This document shows, piece by piece, positions 13,964 through 29,239 of a stretch of 64,000 bases of DNA. The position numbers were made by a program, and so were the translations under genes. Source of the stretch: Raillietiella orientalis (lineage: Eukaryota). The notes below the pieces were generated by a model that was not told the origin of the DNA, searched no databases, and saw only the letters and a list, made by a program, of their open reading frames with translations. The stretch lies in contig JAYWIR010000046.1 of the NCBI GenBank assembly GCA_036172245.1, forward strand, positions 496,001 to 560,000, given 5' to 3'. Every line of letters starts with the position of its first letter. Within the stretch, counting starts at the first letter, position 1.

Positions 13964-15597
13964 TGCTGAAAACTAGTTTTTCTAAAAATAAATTCACTTT
14001 AAAATAAAAATATTCTCTTTCACTGAATGATAAAAAATGAATAAAGTTGTCATGAAAAGTGTGAAATTATGAATAGTCATGCACACAACATTCATGCTTC
14101 GGCTCCCAATTGGAAGTCGGTAAGATTTTAATGAACACAATTTGGATTCACATCGAATCAAAACTGACCGTTACATCCGAAATATCAAAATATCATTCAA
14201 ATAGGCAATTTTTAAAACACAATTGTCATGAATGGAAGCCTTCACTTTATAAGGTGAACTTTATAAGATGATAGAAATATTTTCAGTCGCAACATGCTAC
14301 ATCTACGCTCGCAGTAATCACCATTATATTTGCGCCATTTGGAATCAAGAAACTGATTGCCATGAACAATGCTGCAGTTTTATATGGTGAAAAAAATTAA
14401 CATACAAAAGTCACAAGTGAAACTTTGCATAAGTGAATAAAACTATCTATCTATATATATAAACTATCTATAGTAACAACAAAATTTAAGTCCAAAAGTT
14501 TAATAATTACATTAATCACCTATTTATCAATGAATTATTTATCATTTTATATCGTTTTATGAATACCACTTAAAATATCTATGAACCATATATATGAGTT
14601 CGAGAACATTGAAATCTGGCATATTATGTTATTCAAAAAATTATTTTTGAAAATATGTGTCTATTGAAATCAGTGTATTTTCAACTTAAATCTTCAATAT
14701 GATACCAACGAGCTTCATACCAAATTAATGATGTTTAATATTTATCAATTAGATGTAATGTAATGTGATTAAATGTTAGATATGAATGCAATTACATGGC
14801 TAAATTTGGGTTGGAGATTTTCATATTCTATCTAATGACTGTAATAATAAAATTTTTTATTAAATTTTAGAACATGAAATGCCTAGTTTGAAATTCAAAT
14901 TCCTAAAAATAAATTAATAGTGGAAGATTAGCAAGTAACAAAAAAAAATGCCAACGCAATAAATGCTTGCGATCTGATTCTAGTTTTTCTAAAACAAGAC
15001 TGCTGTGTTATACAGCAAGCGATAGTGAAATTAAATCTGATAGCTGATAATTGAAAGATTTTAATTATAAAATGGCAAAATATGCGAATTTATACTTTGA
15101 AATTCTTCGACGCAGAAAACAGTCTAGTAAACGATATAGTATAATATATAATTATTGATTATTCAATCATTATCTCTTGAATCTAGCATGATAGCTGCAA
15201 AAAATGGAACAGGAGCACACTTTGAGAGTCAATTAATCTACTTTCATACAATTTCTGGAGAAAGCAGACAAACGACGAGAGTTTTTAGTTCATTGTTTAT
15301 AGATGCAGTTGCACGGAAATGCAGACCTCCCAGTCAAACATAAGGGTGTTATCAAGACGTGCTAGGAAATATTGATATGATGACTTCGTGGAAACAAGTA
15401 GCCTTCAAACCATGGAAGTCTCTTTGTTCTAGGCTCCATCTGAAGTACAACTTTACAAATTATTTTCTATGAGTTATGGAAACCACATTGGACGGTCTAT
15501 GATGTGCTTCTCAAACATCTCAATCTCGATGAATACAAGTATTAATTGTACAGATTACTGGAAGAGAATCGAACAGGATTTTATTTCTATTTTTCTT

Positions 15598-15633
15598 TCA
15601 AATAGGCTTTTGCATATGCTAAAGCCTATTTGA
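15598..15633. repeat. 36-nt near-perfect palindrome
   Basis: TCAAATAGGCTTT-T-GCATATGC-T-AAAGCCTATTTGA, with one T/T mismatch. Confidence 0.8.
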
Positions 15634-17492
15634 TACTGACAATGGAGAACAAGTGATCAATGATTTAGAATTCGTCAAAGTAATGAGGATATTTATATGA
15701 AAGTTATATCAAGAAACTCTTATTCTTTCTAAACTTGCAAGGGAAAAAAATAAGCATGCGGTCATCAGCTCGGTGATTTTATAATCCACATTTCGGCATC
15801 ATGTTTAGAATATCCTGCACACATGACGAACTGGGCCATTACATTTTATCTATTTTCGTTGATTAATAAACAAAATAAGGAGGTTGCCATAAAGGGACTA
15901 AAGAAAACTTTGAATGAACCACGTAACAGCATACTAAAAAACCTCATAAGAGAAAGTGGATCTAATTCTGACAAGTTGGGATGGACGACCATTCCTGAAA
16001 GCATGCAAATCAAATCTAAAACTGCAAACCTCATGGCTTAAGAAAGTATCCACTAGATATCAAATGATCTCCATCCTCAAAGCTAGCTTAAACATTTATG
16101 ATAGAAATGTAGTGGTTCTAGCAATACAATGATTAGCATACAAAACTATACTTAATGAAACATAAAATAATACAACGCAGAAAGTCTAAAAGGAACTCTT
16201 CGTGAAAGCTTTGTTAAGTTTGACACAGATTTAACAAAATTGTTTGTCATTTTATTATTCTTAACAGATGTTTAATATTGGCTTATTACAACCGATCTCA
16301 TCATTTAAATGTTTGATTAAAGATTGGATTTCCTTTAAAACACCTAAGGTACTTGTAATAATGTACTATGTAATATAAAAAAACTACAGTAAATATAAAA
16401 ATCTAAAAAGAACAGGGGGCATGACAAGAGGAATGTTTCGTAATATTCACAGTACATACATACTTTGTTCTTTAGTTCGTGATTGCAGCTAATAGTAAAA
16501 AAAATTAAAATAGTTTTTGTGCCAATTACATATACAGCAACTTCAACACCGTTACAAGAGTAGGATTAACTGGTATCCGAAAGTCATCAGAAGCGCACTT
16601 TCATTCTTATGGCTTAGCAAAAGCACTGCCTCCTATGCTTCTTTTGCAAGGAATTCTTCAGTTTCTATGCAATTTCCTTTTTTAGCACTTGAGTAAACAG
16701 GAGTCACACAGCATCACTAAGACTGATACACAGGCAATAAGTTGGACAATGTGATTTAAAGAATATAGATTTGTGTATGTAGTATAATACAGAAAGTAAG
16801 CCTACAAGAGTTCCTCAATCGGAGAAAGTACTCTGCAAGTATGCTACGTTAAAAAATATATACCAAAAAGTTCCTCTGCAGTGTTACACATAGCTTTAAG
16901 TGCTTATGCAGCAACCAGGATCCAGCTTAAAATAATGTTCAGTCTTAAGGAAATTGTAAGATAAAAAAAATTGAAATATATTCAATATCAAAGACCATAA
17001 CTTGATTTTTCATGTTTTTACTTTGCCTTTTATGAGCTATACTTTAATTGACAGTGTCAAATGCCTGTAAAATTTCATGGGTATTCATTCATTAGCTTTT
17101 TGTCTCTCTTGACTTTCCATTGTTATTCTTACAAAACATGGGTTTGGTTTCTACATGTAAATGTTGCTTTTGTGTATCCAAGACTTCAATGCTGAAGTGT
17201 TACCAATCAAAATATTTCATATCTCTGAAGCATTTTTGGAATACAGTAAAATATTGACTACAAATAAAGGTGAAACACAAAACATTTATTTCTCTGTCTC
17301 ATGAGGCACCAGTTTAGAATCTGTTCCATTCTTTCCATATGGTATGCTAATGAGTTCTCACAGGAACAAGCATGTTTCCATTGTCACTAAATATTTACTG
17401 TTCCTCTTAGCTGACTTTACTTTCTCAAGGTATGAAGAGCAAAAAGCACATACTAAAATATTATCCAAGATTGTAAAATACAATCATAGCAT

Positions 17493-18977
17493 TCATGTTA
17501 AAGTTCCAAATTCGATTTTTTTTAGCCTCCTTAAGTATCCTTTCCTGCTCAATAGCAACCAAGACAAAGGTGGATGATAATTTAATTTTTTCAATTCATT
17601 ATATCTGGAAACCAATGTTTGATATTTCACATTGAAGACTCGAGGTATGTTCAAAATATTCCCCTGTGTAAACCCAGCATCAAACAGAAATTGAAATACT
17701 TTTTCCAACTTTTCAATATTGGTATGTTTCAACTGAGGATTGAAATCCAACCATGCTTTTGTTTCTTTTCTCTTCATATTTAACTTGCTTCCAAAGTAGG
17801 CAATAAGATCCATATCATCACCTAATATATTTTGGTTCACAATAGCACGATTAATGAGTTTCTGGAAATCAAATTTTATAATTAGTAATAATCCAAAGAA
17901 AGACTGATTCTATAAACAATGAAAGTATATAACGAGCTCTCACATGAAATCTTTCCTCAGAAGTCCTGAACATCCATGGACGTACATTTTGAAGCCCTAC
18001 ATTCTTGAAAATCTCACATCGGTTGCAAAACATTTCCAAATTATTTTTGTAGACATGAAGATCATTTAGTATTGACTGCACTTCCACATTCATATCTTAG
18101 AAGATAAACAATGTTTGCCTTAATGTATTATTACCTAGCAGCATTTCTGTCATAAAATGAATCCTTTCAACATCTAATGTTAACATGAACTCACGTAAAC
18201 AAAATCTTTGAACCAAAACTTTCAAATCAACCTAAAACACATTTCCATTGCTAATGAATTCCAAGTTCATAAGTTTTTGCTATAATTACAAGTGTGCATA
18301 AAAATAAATAAGAAAAACAGAATAGACACCTTAAATTTATTGGAAAAATGGTGGAATCTGTTTTCAGCCTTCTGTTCCCTCAAAAATGCTACTTCCCTTT
18401 CTGAAGGATTGAGTACTTTCATTAAACTTCTCTTGCATGGTCTTAAAAGTGGGAAAAACATTTCAATATCTGAGAAGCAGGAATCTTGAAGTAACTTCAA
18501 TTTTTCTTCCAGAACATCTGTAAGCAAATGGAAATGAACTTTGAATATTTACAAAACATAATTAAAAACTGATATCAACATTTATATGACAGCATACAAG
18601 ATAAACATTCATATAACAGCATGCAAGATGCACTTTATCATACTTCAATATTAATGAAAGAGAATTCCAATACCAAATGGATGAAGTATTATTTCAAAAT
18701 TGGTCATGATATCTGAAGACTCAGCTCCTCTTTCAAGCAAGTATCTGATCTTAAAACCTATTTCATCTAGTGGCTCATAGCATGCATTGTAGTTTGTTTC
18801 AATTAAATTGACTGCTTTACTTGTTGGACAGTTCAATAACTTGGTCAGCATCACAGAAAGAATACGTTTATTTTTCAAACTTGGTTCAGAATATGCAGAG
18901 AAGCAAGCCTTCTCGATCTGTATGCCAATGATTTCAGAAAAACTGAATAAGCACTTCCTGGCAAATGCAATAAGCAT
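17493..18977 (-). CDS. Mitochondrial transcription termination factor (mTERF)-family protein, about 5 exons (approx. 18977-18673, 18518-18330, 18231-18137, 18096-17940, 17860-17493)
   Basis: Mitochondrial-presequence-like N-terminus (MLIAFARKCLFS) and repeated mTERF-like helical units (KIRYLLERGAESSDIMTNFEII; KVFQFLFDAGFTQGNILNIPRVF; RPWMFR), resembling arthropod mTerf5/mTTF-type proteins. Inner exon borders are approximate. Confidence 0.7.
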
Positions 18978-21900
18978 TTTGATTCATAATTCAGATTTTG
19001 ATCTGTACATTTTCCATTTGCATTACACCATCTGAAATTTGCAGATGTCATTATCGAGTTACGGTTATAATGATGCAACTCATTCAGTAGTTTCTAATTA
19101 TCGCATTTCTCCACACAGCCATCTTTATAAAATAAGTGATAAATGTTTCCACAGCATACATAGTCAACCAAAGAGGTGAACAAGTGATCCAGCTTACAGA
19201 GCAGTTTTGATCGACAGTTTGGGTAATCTGCACTATTTACTAGAGTACACCTATTGTTTCAATAACTTTTGTTACAACTGAACTTTATAAACAATAGTTA
19301 CAGCTACGTAATCCCCTTCTGATCAAGAATTTCTCACCACATCACATCAGATCAACAGAATTCTGAAGATTACCACTTAACATGCACTTGATTAAATGTC
19401 CACCACGTAGTTGTAGCATGGTAAACGAAAAATTTTTATCATTCATTTTTGACTTTTGCAATCCATACTAAAGATGCACTCACATTCAAGTCCTACTAAA
19501 AAAATTCATCTATTCATCAGTTCATCATTTATAATCAAGGATTTAAATTTATTTTCACTAGATTTGCTACCATGAAAATAAATTTAAATTTTTGATTCAA
19601 TATTTTGCATATTTATTTAAGAGGCAGGAGTAATGGTTTGTAGGGTATAATAATAACTTTTATAAATGAATCAATATACTGATAACATGGCCATAAATAA
19701 GAAACTGAAAAGAAGATAAGTCTAAACTGATAGAATTATTCTAAAAATTCTCGGCCAAGCATCATTCTTGAAAGTAAGCTTAACATCAGAACCAAATATT
19801 CTTACAGGAATGATCAAAACGATCACATGTAATATTGACTGAGAAGTAGTAATTTTTCTTCAAATCATGAGCTCACATTCTAACTGCCTAACAAATGAAA
19901 TACCAACGGGAGGCAGAAACAGGATCTCTAGCCGCTAACAAAAAAAAATAAAGAGTATGGCAATTATTGAACCTATTTAAAAACCTAAAAACAAAATAGA
20001 TATATTTAACGAAATTTAATATATAATTGTAATTTGGGAATTTAAAGTATAAAACAAAAAAATGGCACGAAACACAATAATATTTTTAACCAAAACCCTA
20101 AGTGAAAAGTTGGAAAACAAATTTAATTATTCAATTCAAAATTTAGTAACAATAGGAACTTTCTTTTGCATGTTAAAAATGAATCAATATTAATATCTGA
20201 CGATGGTATTCCAGAAATTCTAAATTGATAAATGTGAAGGAAAAATCTGTAAAGAGTAATTTAATATATTAACAGCAGTTCTGAAGATCAAGAGCACCCA
20301 GAACATGGATTTCTTTCTTCAAAGAAACTTACGAAAACGAAATCCACACTTTCAGAACAATTACCAACTATCTCACTACTACAGAAATTGCTATTCTTGC
20401 TTCCCGTAGTCTCCAGTTCTATCCCACAATAATAAAAACAATTGGACATACAAATGTGCATATGAGCATATCTTTCCTTTCTTTGTATACTGCACATTCG
20501 TATGAATACAAAAAATATACCCACATTATGTGTCCAAACATACATAAACCATTTACACGTGAAAAATTCGGTTCAAATGAAGACATGATTTTCTTGTTAC
20601 GATACCAATTTCGATCCTCTTAATATAAGGATTGTTATGCTTTTCGAAGTCAAAAGGTTACACACATTCATTCTGCCGATTTATTATGATCCTAAAGGAT
20701 GCGCAAAATTCATTGCAATTTCACAACAGACATTTTAAATGAATGCTGATTTCTATTGTACATTTCTTTCCCAGAATATGAGCTGGATCATTAGGAATGT
20801 TGTATAACCATGTTCTTTCAACAATATTCTTTTCACTTTTGATCTCATAATATTTGAATCTAAGCTAACTTGGTAAGCAGCTGCGTACTTCAAAGAATTG
20901 AAAATTGATTGAATATTTCTGATTTAAATTTAATCAAAAGTAGATAAGTACATAAAGTATCTATCCACAATTCATTTACTCTGCTCATTTCTTGTATTCT
21001 TCATAATATTTATTGCCGGTAACTTTGAACAAGTTTCAGAATGTTAATGTTGCATTTCCTAATAGTATAGATTTAACAGGTAGACACTGTCCATCATTGG
21101 AAAACTAATCCACTGATTTTTTTCCTGTTTAGTAAGAGCCTCCAATTAGCCAGTTTACTGGAAAAGAGTGCTATATATAATTCCCAAAATTGATGTTCTC
21201 TTCAACTCGTCAAATTCTCTTGAGTTGCATTTTCGCAATATTTCTCTCATTAAGCTTTCTTTTCAAAATTCCATGATTTTAATTTTCTATTTAATCTTAC
21301 TTTTTCTAGCTGAGATCCACCTTTTAGGTAATTGGTGATACCATAATATTGATTTTCGTACGGGGACAACGTAGGATCCTAAAGTGCATTATTACTGCAG
21401 TGCCGAACCGTCTCACAATTCTCAAGCTAATTATATAGTTTGTTGTTTTCCATATTATAAAGTAATTATAAGAAGGAAAATGCCAATAAGTTTTATTCTC
21501 TTTTTCATTCAGAGAAGATGCTTAATTTTTTTTAAAAAAAGAGATTAAATAGAATCTCTCAAACAAAAATGTATTCATCTTTTCAACAAGCTCTTAATAT
21601 AAAAATTCAGTATTATTCTTCATGAAAATAAGAATAAAAATTGCTTTTGGGCTCATTAATTCTTTCAAATGCGAATAAATGATTTATTTTAAAAAGGTGA
21701 GAAAGTTTAATTAAAAGATGTTGAGTAACTTAATTAGAGTTTACAAACTATAATTGGCTCAATTTATTTTGAATTTGTTATTGGAGAACATATGTATAAT
21801 TAGATAAATTATAAATAGGTACAACTTCAGAAGTGGCACTTAAGCATTGTGTTGATCCAGCCCTTAAGGAATACTATGCGTCTAACTTGCTACAATGTTG

Positions 21901-24496
21901 AATTTCCAACACTGCAAACATTATTACCGATTATAAGCAATTCTACACCAAGATATAGAAAATATCAACCTTATTTGCTCCCAGATGTAGGATACCTTCT
22001 CAAGGATTTCTCGCGATGCTGGTCTATAATGTTTAATTTCTATCTTGAAGGATTAACCACTGGAAATGTTTTAAAATTTCAAGCACAGTTAGATCTCTTA
22101 AGCTTATTATGGATAAAAATACGAAGATTTTTCCAGAGTTTTCATGCCGAATATCAAGGTTTGTTTTCTCCAGAAGACTCAGCAGCCGTACATGAAAGCT
22201 AATGACAGACTACTGTAGAAATATGCCATTTCGAATCGGCTCATCCTACGAATCTCAGCTGAAAAATTTAGGGGAACCGGCTTCCAGTTGAATTCTGCAG
22301 CAGCACAAGCATTTCGAGCATATGAAAAGTGTTCATCCACCGTGAAGAAAGTTATAATTCATCATATGTATCTTTTTATTAGTTTACCTAAGGCAAATGT
22401 ATTGGTTGGTCTAATACTTTTTAGATTTCCGCACAAACTATCTTTTCACAGAGGCGCTGATAGGAGAATCAGTTTTGCAAGAAAGATGGAAAGCAACTGC
22501 CTCCGAAATAAATAAAAGGAATTTTTTCTTAAAATGAAGTTTCATTTCAGACACTTCTGGAAGAATCTTGGAGTGCTGCTTATACCAGAAATTTGGTTCT
22601 GGTATATTGCCACTGAATGCATATTTCCTTTTGAATGTATGCTTTTCAAAACGTTTCTTAGGCTTCTGGTGGAAGTTGAAGCTTTTCTTTGCAGTTTTCC
22701 TTCGAAAATTCATACCACTCAGTTCAGTACATGATGACTTGGGAGCATTTGGAGATTGGTTGACATTCCGCGTGCGTTCAAGGAGGTACGATAGGATTAA
22801 AACACCCATCGATAGAGTGGATCATGGGTGTCTGAAGTATTGATTGAACAAAGATTTGGACAAACAAAAATGCTTTTCATTATGCTTTCAAAATCTGATT
22901 CACAATACTTTTCGCTTTGAATATGCATTCCGGAATTGTACATTTATTTTGAAAGTGAAGAGAGTTTGGTTGTTTGTTACTGTATAAACTCGGGAGTCAA
23001 GATACACAACCAGTACTGGTACTCAGGCACTCTGAGACAAATTTACGCGCATGTGGCAATACTTTACAAGTGTGCACTATTGTGTTTTTGTTTTTGCTAT
23101 TTTGAATTACATAATTTATTGTTTGTGTATATTTACTGCTTTTTTCCCTCGAGTTCTACATAATGACTTCATCTTGGATTATTTCGCATTCAATGTTGTC
23201 AACAGTGATTTAGGGTTCAGAATGCTGATTAAAATCAGCTGTTTTTTAATTTTCATTTGTACCTATTTCCCTGAACCTCGTACCCACTATTGGTCTGATG
23301 TTTGTCACTTTCCGAGAACTTTCGCTTCGCTATACACAGATCACAGAGGTTATAAGTTTTCTTAGCAGTAAAACGTTGATGTTTGTAAAGGTTTAATGCA
23401 TGCCTTAAAATTTTTCATGTTCACTTCAAAACTTTGGTCACGAGAGACAGCTGCAGAACCAGCTGTTATTAGTTATTGTTTTTAGATTTTTCTACTTGTG
23501 GACTTCTATAATGTTTAAGAGCTATCCATCTCATTTTCGTTAGTGGTAATTTTTTTTGTAATAGAAGTCTCGTGTTACTATCATTTTGGAAATCAACGCT
23601 ATGTTGCTATGAGGAACACGATGTTTACAATCGTTCCTACAACAGGTGGTTTACCTTTACGATTAACATTCACAATTGTGTTGTATTTCTTCATTCAGAT
23701 ATTTTGTCATGAAACCGTTTTTGTTTTTTTGATGCGCGCATTGTTTTCTTTTTCAAAGCCGTTTTGTTTTCAGAAAAGATCTTTAATGCAAGATTGCATA
23801 ATGCTTTTTGCGCCAATCTTTCAACTAAAAGTACAAAGGAGGTTGTATACGCCTTCATAGCCTTGTTGAACTGAGCTCCACGTTTTAGTATTAACGATTG
23901 AAAAGATCGTTTACACTATGCTTCATGATTGTAAACCGAGTCTGTTGTTGTCAGCTATAGGGTAGTAGATAAATTTTTCTTCCTTCTCATTTTTCTTGCT
24001 TCTAATCCAAATACGATTACTTATAAGATACTATATCCTATAATGCTGTGGGTCAAAGTGTATTTTCGAAGCTTTTGGATGTACACAAAAATGTAACAAT
24101 CGCGAAGGTGAATAAATCGAATTTTAATTTTTTTTTAGTGGGCTTATTTTTACTCTTTCGAGAGTTTGCAAGAATTGTTTTCTCATTTTAGTGCATCCAG
24201 AGTGAAGAGAGAGTTCTTTAAGTGAATTTTTTTATTGTATCGATATTACCAACGGATATCATGTATATATAAGTTCTTTCATTGCGTTTACCCGTGTTCT
24301 TGTGGATATCCATAAGGCATTCGACTTTTCGCGAATATTAAACAAATATGCAAATGCAAGTGGAAATAATAAAAGACAATTGCCTCTGGTTTTCTCATGT
24401 ATTTTGTTTTAGATGAATAACTTCGGAAGGATTAAACTATATAAAAATTGCTAAATCATTATTAATTGCTGATTTTGTACGCAGTTGTATTTAAAT

Positions 24497-26169
24497 ATGA
24501 CTGCAGAAATAGGACTCATGCCAAGTACATTGGTAAATTCGGTCCATATAAAAAAGCTTGATCTTGTATATAGAATTGATGGTTTTTCTGATGAGATACG
24601 CTCTGCTTGTTTTTTAAAACGAGAAGATGGATTTATTACAGTTGGGAACGATCGGTAACAACTCTTCATTTATAATGATTGAGTATTTACTAATCCTTAT
24701 AGAACTTTGAAAATATGGCTGAAAAGAAATTCTGGCCATTATTGGCCCACATTATCTCATTTACTTTCCTCACAAGGAATCACGTTATGCTATCATGCAG
24801 ACGATGTGTTATTTGTTGGCCAAAATGATGGTTGTATCATAGTAAGTTTGTTTTTGAGTGTGTAAGAAAAGTAGTAGTGTTTCTACACTGATTGTAACTG
24901 TAATACTTGTTAATTAAAAATTTGTACAACCTTTAAATGCAGCTTAAATGTAATTTATAGGAATTCTACATTGCAAAAGATTTCAATAGTGTCTCAGTTA
25001 TCAGAAGCTACATTTCTCATGAAGGTAATGTTACATGTTTAGTCTACTCTCCATTATCTTCTTGGCTAATTTCTGGTGGACAAGATAAATATCTTCAATG
25101 CCATTATACTAAAACAAGCAGTACAAGCAGTGCAATAGCCAGCTATCAGAATACAGCAGCATGTACAGCTTTACAGTATCCTAACAAGCAATATCTTTTG
25201 TTATCTAGAAGGTCTTCCGATATTTAGCAGATATGATGAAGGAAGCCATTATGTATTTTTAGCAGATTCTTCTTCACACATCACTTTGCTTAAAGTCACC
25301 AGTAAAATTTTTGAATTTATCACTATTCTGAAAGGACATAATGGCAGTATTTGTAGTCTTTTATGGGATCCTGAAAGACAAATTCTTGTTTCTGGAGGAA
25401 GTGACCATCTCATTATTGCTTGGGACATTGGCAGCAAAAAAGGATCATTTCTTGAACTTCGTGGACATCAGTAGGCTATAAGTTGCATTAATTTTTATCA
25501 ATTCTTCTTAGGCGAAAAGTGCTTGGTTTGAGCCTTGCAAAATGTCAAGGAAAACTGTTGTCAGTCAGTAATGATGGAATTCTGATTTTTTGGGATATGA
25601 CTGTGCAGCGAGAAGAGGTGAAGCAGTGCCTGTCTAATAGAACAAAGATCCATCTTTTCTTGTAGACACCATTATGGCAAGAATCTAACTGTTGTCAGAG
25701 TTGTGGAACACCATTCTTTTGGAATCTGCGTGCTATGGTTGACAAACAACTGTTTGGCCTTCGCCAGCATCATTGTCGTAAATGTGGATTGGCTGTTTGC
25801 AACTCCTGTAGCAACAAGCAGTCAGTTCTCCCTTCTATGGGTTACGAGCACAGTGTGAGAGTCTGTAATTCCTGTCATGACAAGCTTTTGGCAAACGAGT
25901 GAGAAAATGGGTTGGTGGGGCATCTAGTGACGTGCAAACTATGTAGTACCATACCATTAGCTGCATTTTATGATCTGAAGCACAGTGTCATTAGCATGGA
26001 TTTTCATGAACAGAGGAAAGTATTATTAACAGTGGGATCTGATCGTATTATCAAATTATGGGATGTTGCTGCAGCATTGGCAACTACATGCCAAGGGTAC
26101 AATATGTTGATACATATGAATACTTGTATTGATTTAATTTCAGATGAACAAAATGCTTGCATGAAGTAG
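24497..26169 (+). CDS. WDFY2: WD40 repeat and FYVE domain-containing protein (WDFY1/2 family); exons approx. 24497-24654, 24703-24841, 24961-25175, 25231-25470, 25512-25617, 25666-25898, 25947-26096 plus terminal piece
   Basis: Start [24 protein letters not shown]40 repeats ([45 protein letters not shown]) and a FYVE finger with the WDFY-type insert ([21 protein letters not shown]...[17 protein letters not shown]...RVCNSCH). The stop is at 26147 if intron 26097-26143 is spliced, or at 26169 if it is not. Confidence 0.93.
25176..25230 (+). other. Probable U12-type 55-nt intron in WDFY2
   Basis: Donor GTATCCTA. Splicing restores [15 protein letters not shown]. The branch site is degenerate (TCTTCCGAT). 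Confidence 0.6.
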
Positions 26170-29100
26170 TTGAGCTGCTGCATAGCAACCTATGAAGCTG
26201 GAGCAAAGTCCATGTTGAAAGTGTTGAAAGTGTTTTGATTTACAAAAAAATGAGGAGCATTGATAACATTAAATGCATGCAACAAGTGATACTTCCACAT
26301 TCTTGTAGCTATATCTTCATTGTTAATTTTAAATAGTTATTTACAGTGAATAATTAACTAAATCATGAAATAAATGCCAGCTTTGTTAAATTATAATGGC
26401 TGAAGCATTTACATGCTTATTAAGTGTTTAGGATGTGTGATGTGTATTACTTGATTTTAGTAATTCATGTTTCATTTTTTTCAAACAGGCATCTTTTACG
26501 CTCAATAATTATATTCCGCAATTGGTAAAAGAAAACAGATCCTTTCTCTTTTACTTTTTGTCGAATTCCTTTGATAAATTCCTTCATCTAAAGACTACTT
26601 CAAACTAAGTTAATGTGATAGGTCTTGTTATGTATAACGTAAATTTGCTTATGATTATAACAGCATCATGAAGTCTTATAAGAACATTATTTGTGTCTTT
26701 GCTAAACATTACCTAGGTAGAAGGATTTAGCGTACTACAATGTTGGTTGTCTTATTTAAGATCAACAGCTACTGTCATTTCATGTTTTTTTTAAGTACAT
26801 TTAGCTTTATGAAGGAATAAATCCAATAAATAATGCAACAATCTCAGGATGCATGGCAAGCATTTCAAAATTTTGTGCCTTCTACTTCAATTCGTGAGAC
26901 GCAAAATGGTTTCCTCAAAAAACGAGAAAAAAAAAATTTGAAAATCATCAGCTTACCATCCGTGCTTTTTATTTAAAGTGTATTTACCCTATAATAAAGT
27001 GGAATGCGCAGAATATTTGGAAATCTCTGGTATTCATCTGTTTCTATTCTAAAGGAGAAAGTAGCGACAAATTTCAATGCTGTATTTTTTCTTTCATCAT
27101 CCAAAGTTTAATAAAACTCCCGTATAATTTTATGTGGAATATTTGAAACTCTGGATTGGAAGAAACTACATGATTTATTGCGGGATCTTCCATAAAGAAG
27201 ATTAATTATCTAGTAAACGTAGAGTGACATCAACTGAGGTTTGACGTGTTTTTTTTTCACTGCTATTGCATGACAGTTTTTCTTAAGAATGTGTAAAGAA
27301 TAAATAAAACAGTTTACAAAAGATTGTATACATCATATAAAGGAAAATTCAGAATGAACGATGAGCTCTTAATGAATTACATTTATGCAGCTGCTGAAAA
27401 AGTGAGATCTTGACCTTCCATGTAGATTTCCAGTCCTGTTTTTTTCGTATTCAGTCCATGGCTTTTCAAGGAACGTACTAGAATTACAGACAGCAAATAC
27501 TTTGGTGGCTGGCTGTAACTGTTCGGTCTGTATTCAACTGATCAGACACTGTTTTTGTCTTGAATATGAAAGCGAAGATTTCATTTCGAATTGAGTATCA
27601 AGAGGGGTAATGTGTATATGATTGTATAATAGATTCATAACATCTGCTAAAACTAAAGATATATTTAAAAAAAACTACATGTTGCTTTATATACTGTTTA
27701 TTGGTGCGATCACTGAGATGATACTTTCCAGATACTTTTGTTTCGTTGCTGTATCCATAACATGATTTTAATTTAATCCTGCCTATGTTTACCGAAAACT
27801 CAGTGTGCAAATTAGCAAGGCTTTCTAAAGAGGCAAACTAATCGAACATTTGTTTGATTCGATTTCGAGTATTCGCATAGCAATATTCCTTGGAAAATTC
27901 CTACAGCTAAGCATACTTGTGTATGAATTACTACATTATTTACGATGTGCTTATCTTCTACCTGTATGAGATCTTCGTGTAATTCAGCAAGCTTTAATAA
28001 AATGAATGCAATGAAGTAATACACAAGAATTCGCTTGCTAAATCTTAGTTCATATGAAGAAACGAAGTACCAACAACATATAGAAGGAAATAACAGATTA
28101 TGGCAAATTATAATTGCTCATAAAAGTGCTTAATCACTTTCGAAATAAAAAGCAATTTGTAATGAATCCAATTTCTCAAGGGTGTCTTCCCTGGTTGTCA
28201 CTGTTCTGCATTTTTAACGTTTGACATATTTTTTTAGATATTCGCAGATTCAAATTTACCAAGGGAATAAGTTAGAACAATCGGATGCACGCAAACAAAA
28301 CATGAAATTTTGATTCTCATTCTCATGTTCATTCTAATAAAGTAGAAAATTTTAACTCATTTTAATGGGAACTAATTTTTAAGGCGTTGGTATTGAATTA
28401 ATGGATACTCTTCAATTTACATTTTCTACATTCAGATGCGATTTGTGAGGCATCACAAAAAATTCATATACATCCGATTTCAAGCAAAGCTAAAAATTGC
28501 CTTCTTTTCTGAGATGCTTTTAGCAACTGTATGTCGCACTTGAAATTTATAGAAATGGAGGGAAAAAAAATCCGCTTGATCGTGTAAGATTGGTAGCTTT
28601 CAAAAGAAAACATCCACTGTAGCAAACATTTAAGCTGTAATAATTTTACATTGCAATCAAGTACTGATTTCGTTTTTAATGAAGCCAGGAATGAATTACT
28701 CGAAATGCAAAGTGTTTCGCAATTAACGAAATAGTAGACGATTTTGTTTTTGAAAAACTCATGATACTACAGGATTCGAGAGTTGCTGGACCTACAGTGT
28801 GACTTTTCGGAATGCATATGTAGACGACGACCCTTCTGGCATCGTTCCTGAAAGGCTCTTGTGGGAGCAATGGGTATTCCTCTAGCAAGTCGCTGTAAGG
28901 AATAAGTTTGATTTTTTACGTTTTGATCTTTTCTCGTGCGTGAGTGTGAATATAACGAGTGCACTGGCATAAATTTGAAAAACACTGCCTAACACTCGGT
29001 TTCATTACGTTGCCCAGAGTGTTATATCAGCAGGTCACGAGTATAAAAAAATCATGTATTCCCTCATGTTGAATAGTTTTGTACCATTCTTTATGCCCCT

Positions 29101-29239
29101 TTACTGACTTTTTACGTTACAAGTTGTCTAAAAGACTCCTAAGAAGCAAAAGTCAAAATGCTTTGAAACTTTCAATATACATTCTTTTTATTGCATTATT
29201 TATATGCCAAGTTCACTTTTGAAATTTCCAGTACTAGGT

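Noticed and set aside
21849..23860. ORFs of 100-123 aa between the mTERF gene and WDFY2
   Set aside because: No recognisable domain or consistent splice chain; F/L/I/K-rich composition typical of AT-rich non-coding DNA.
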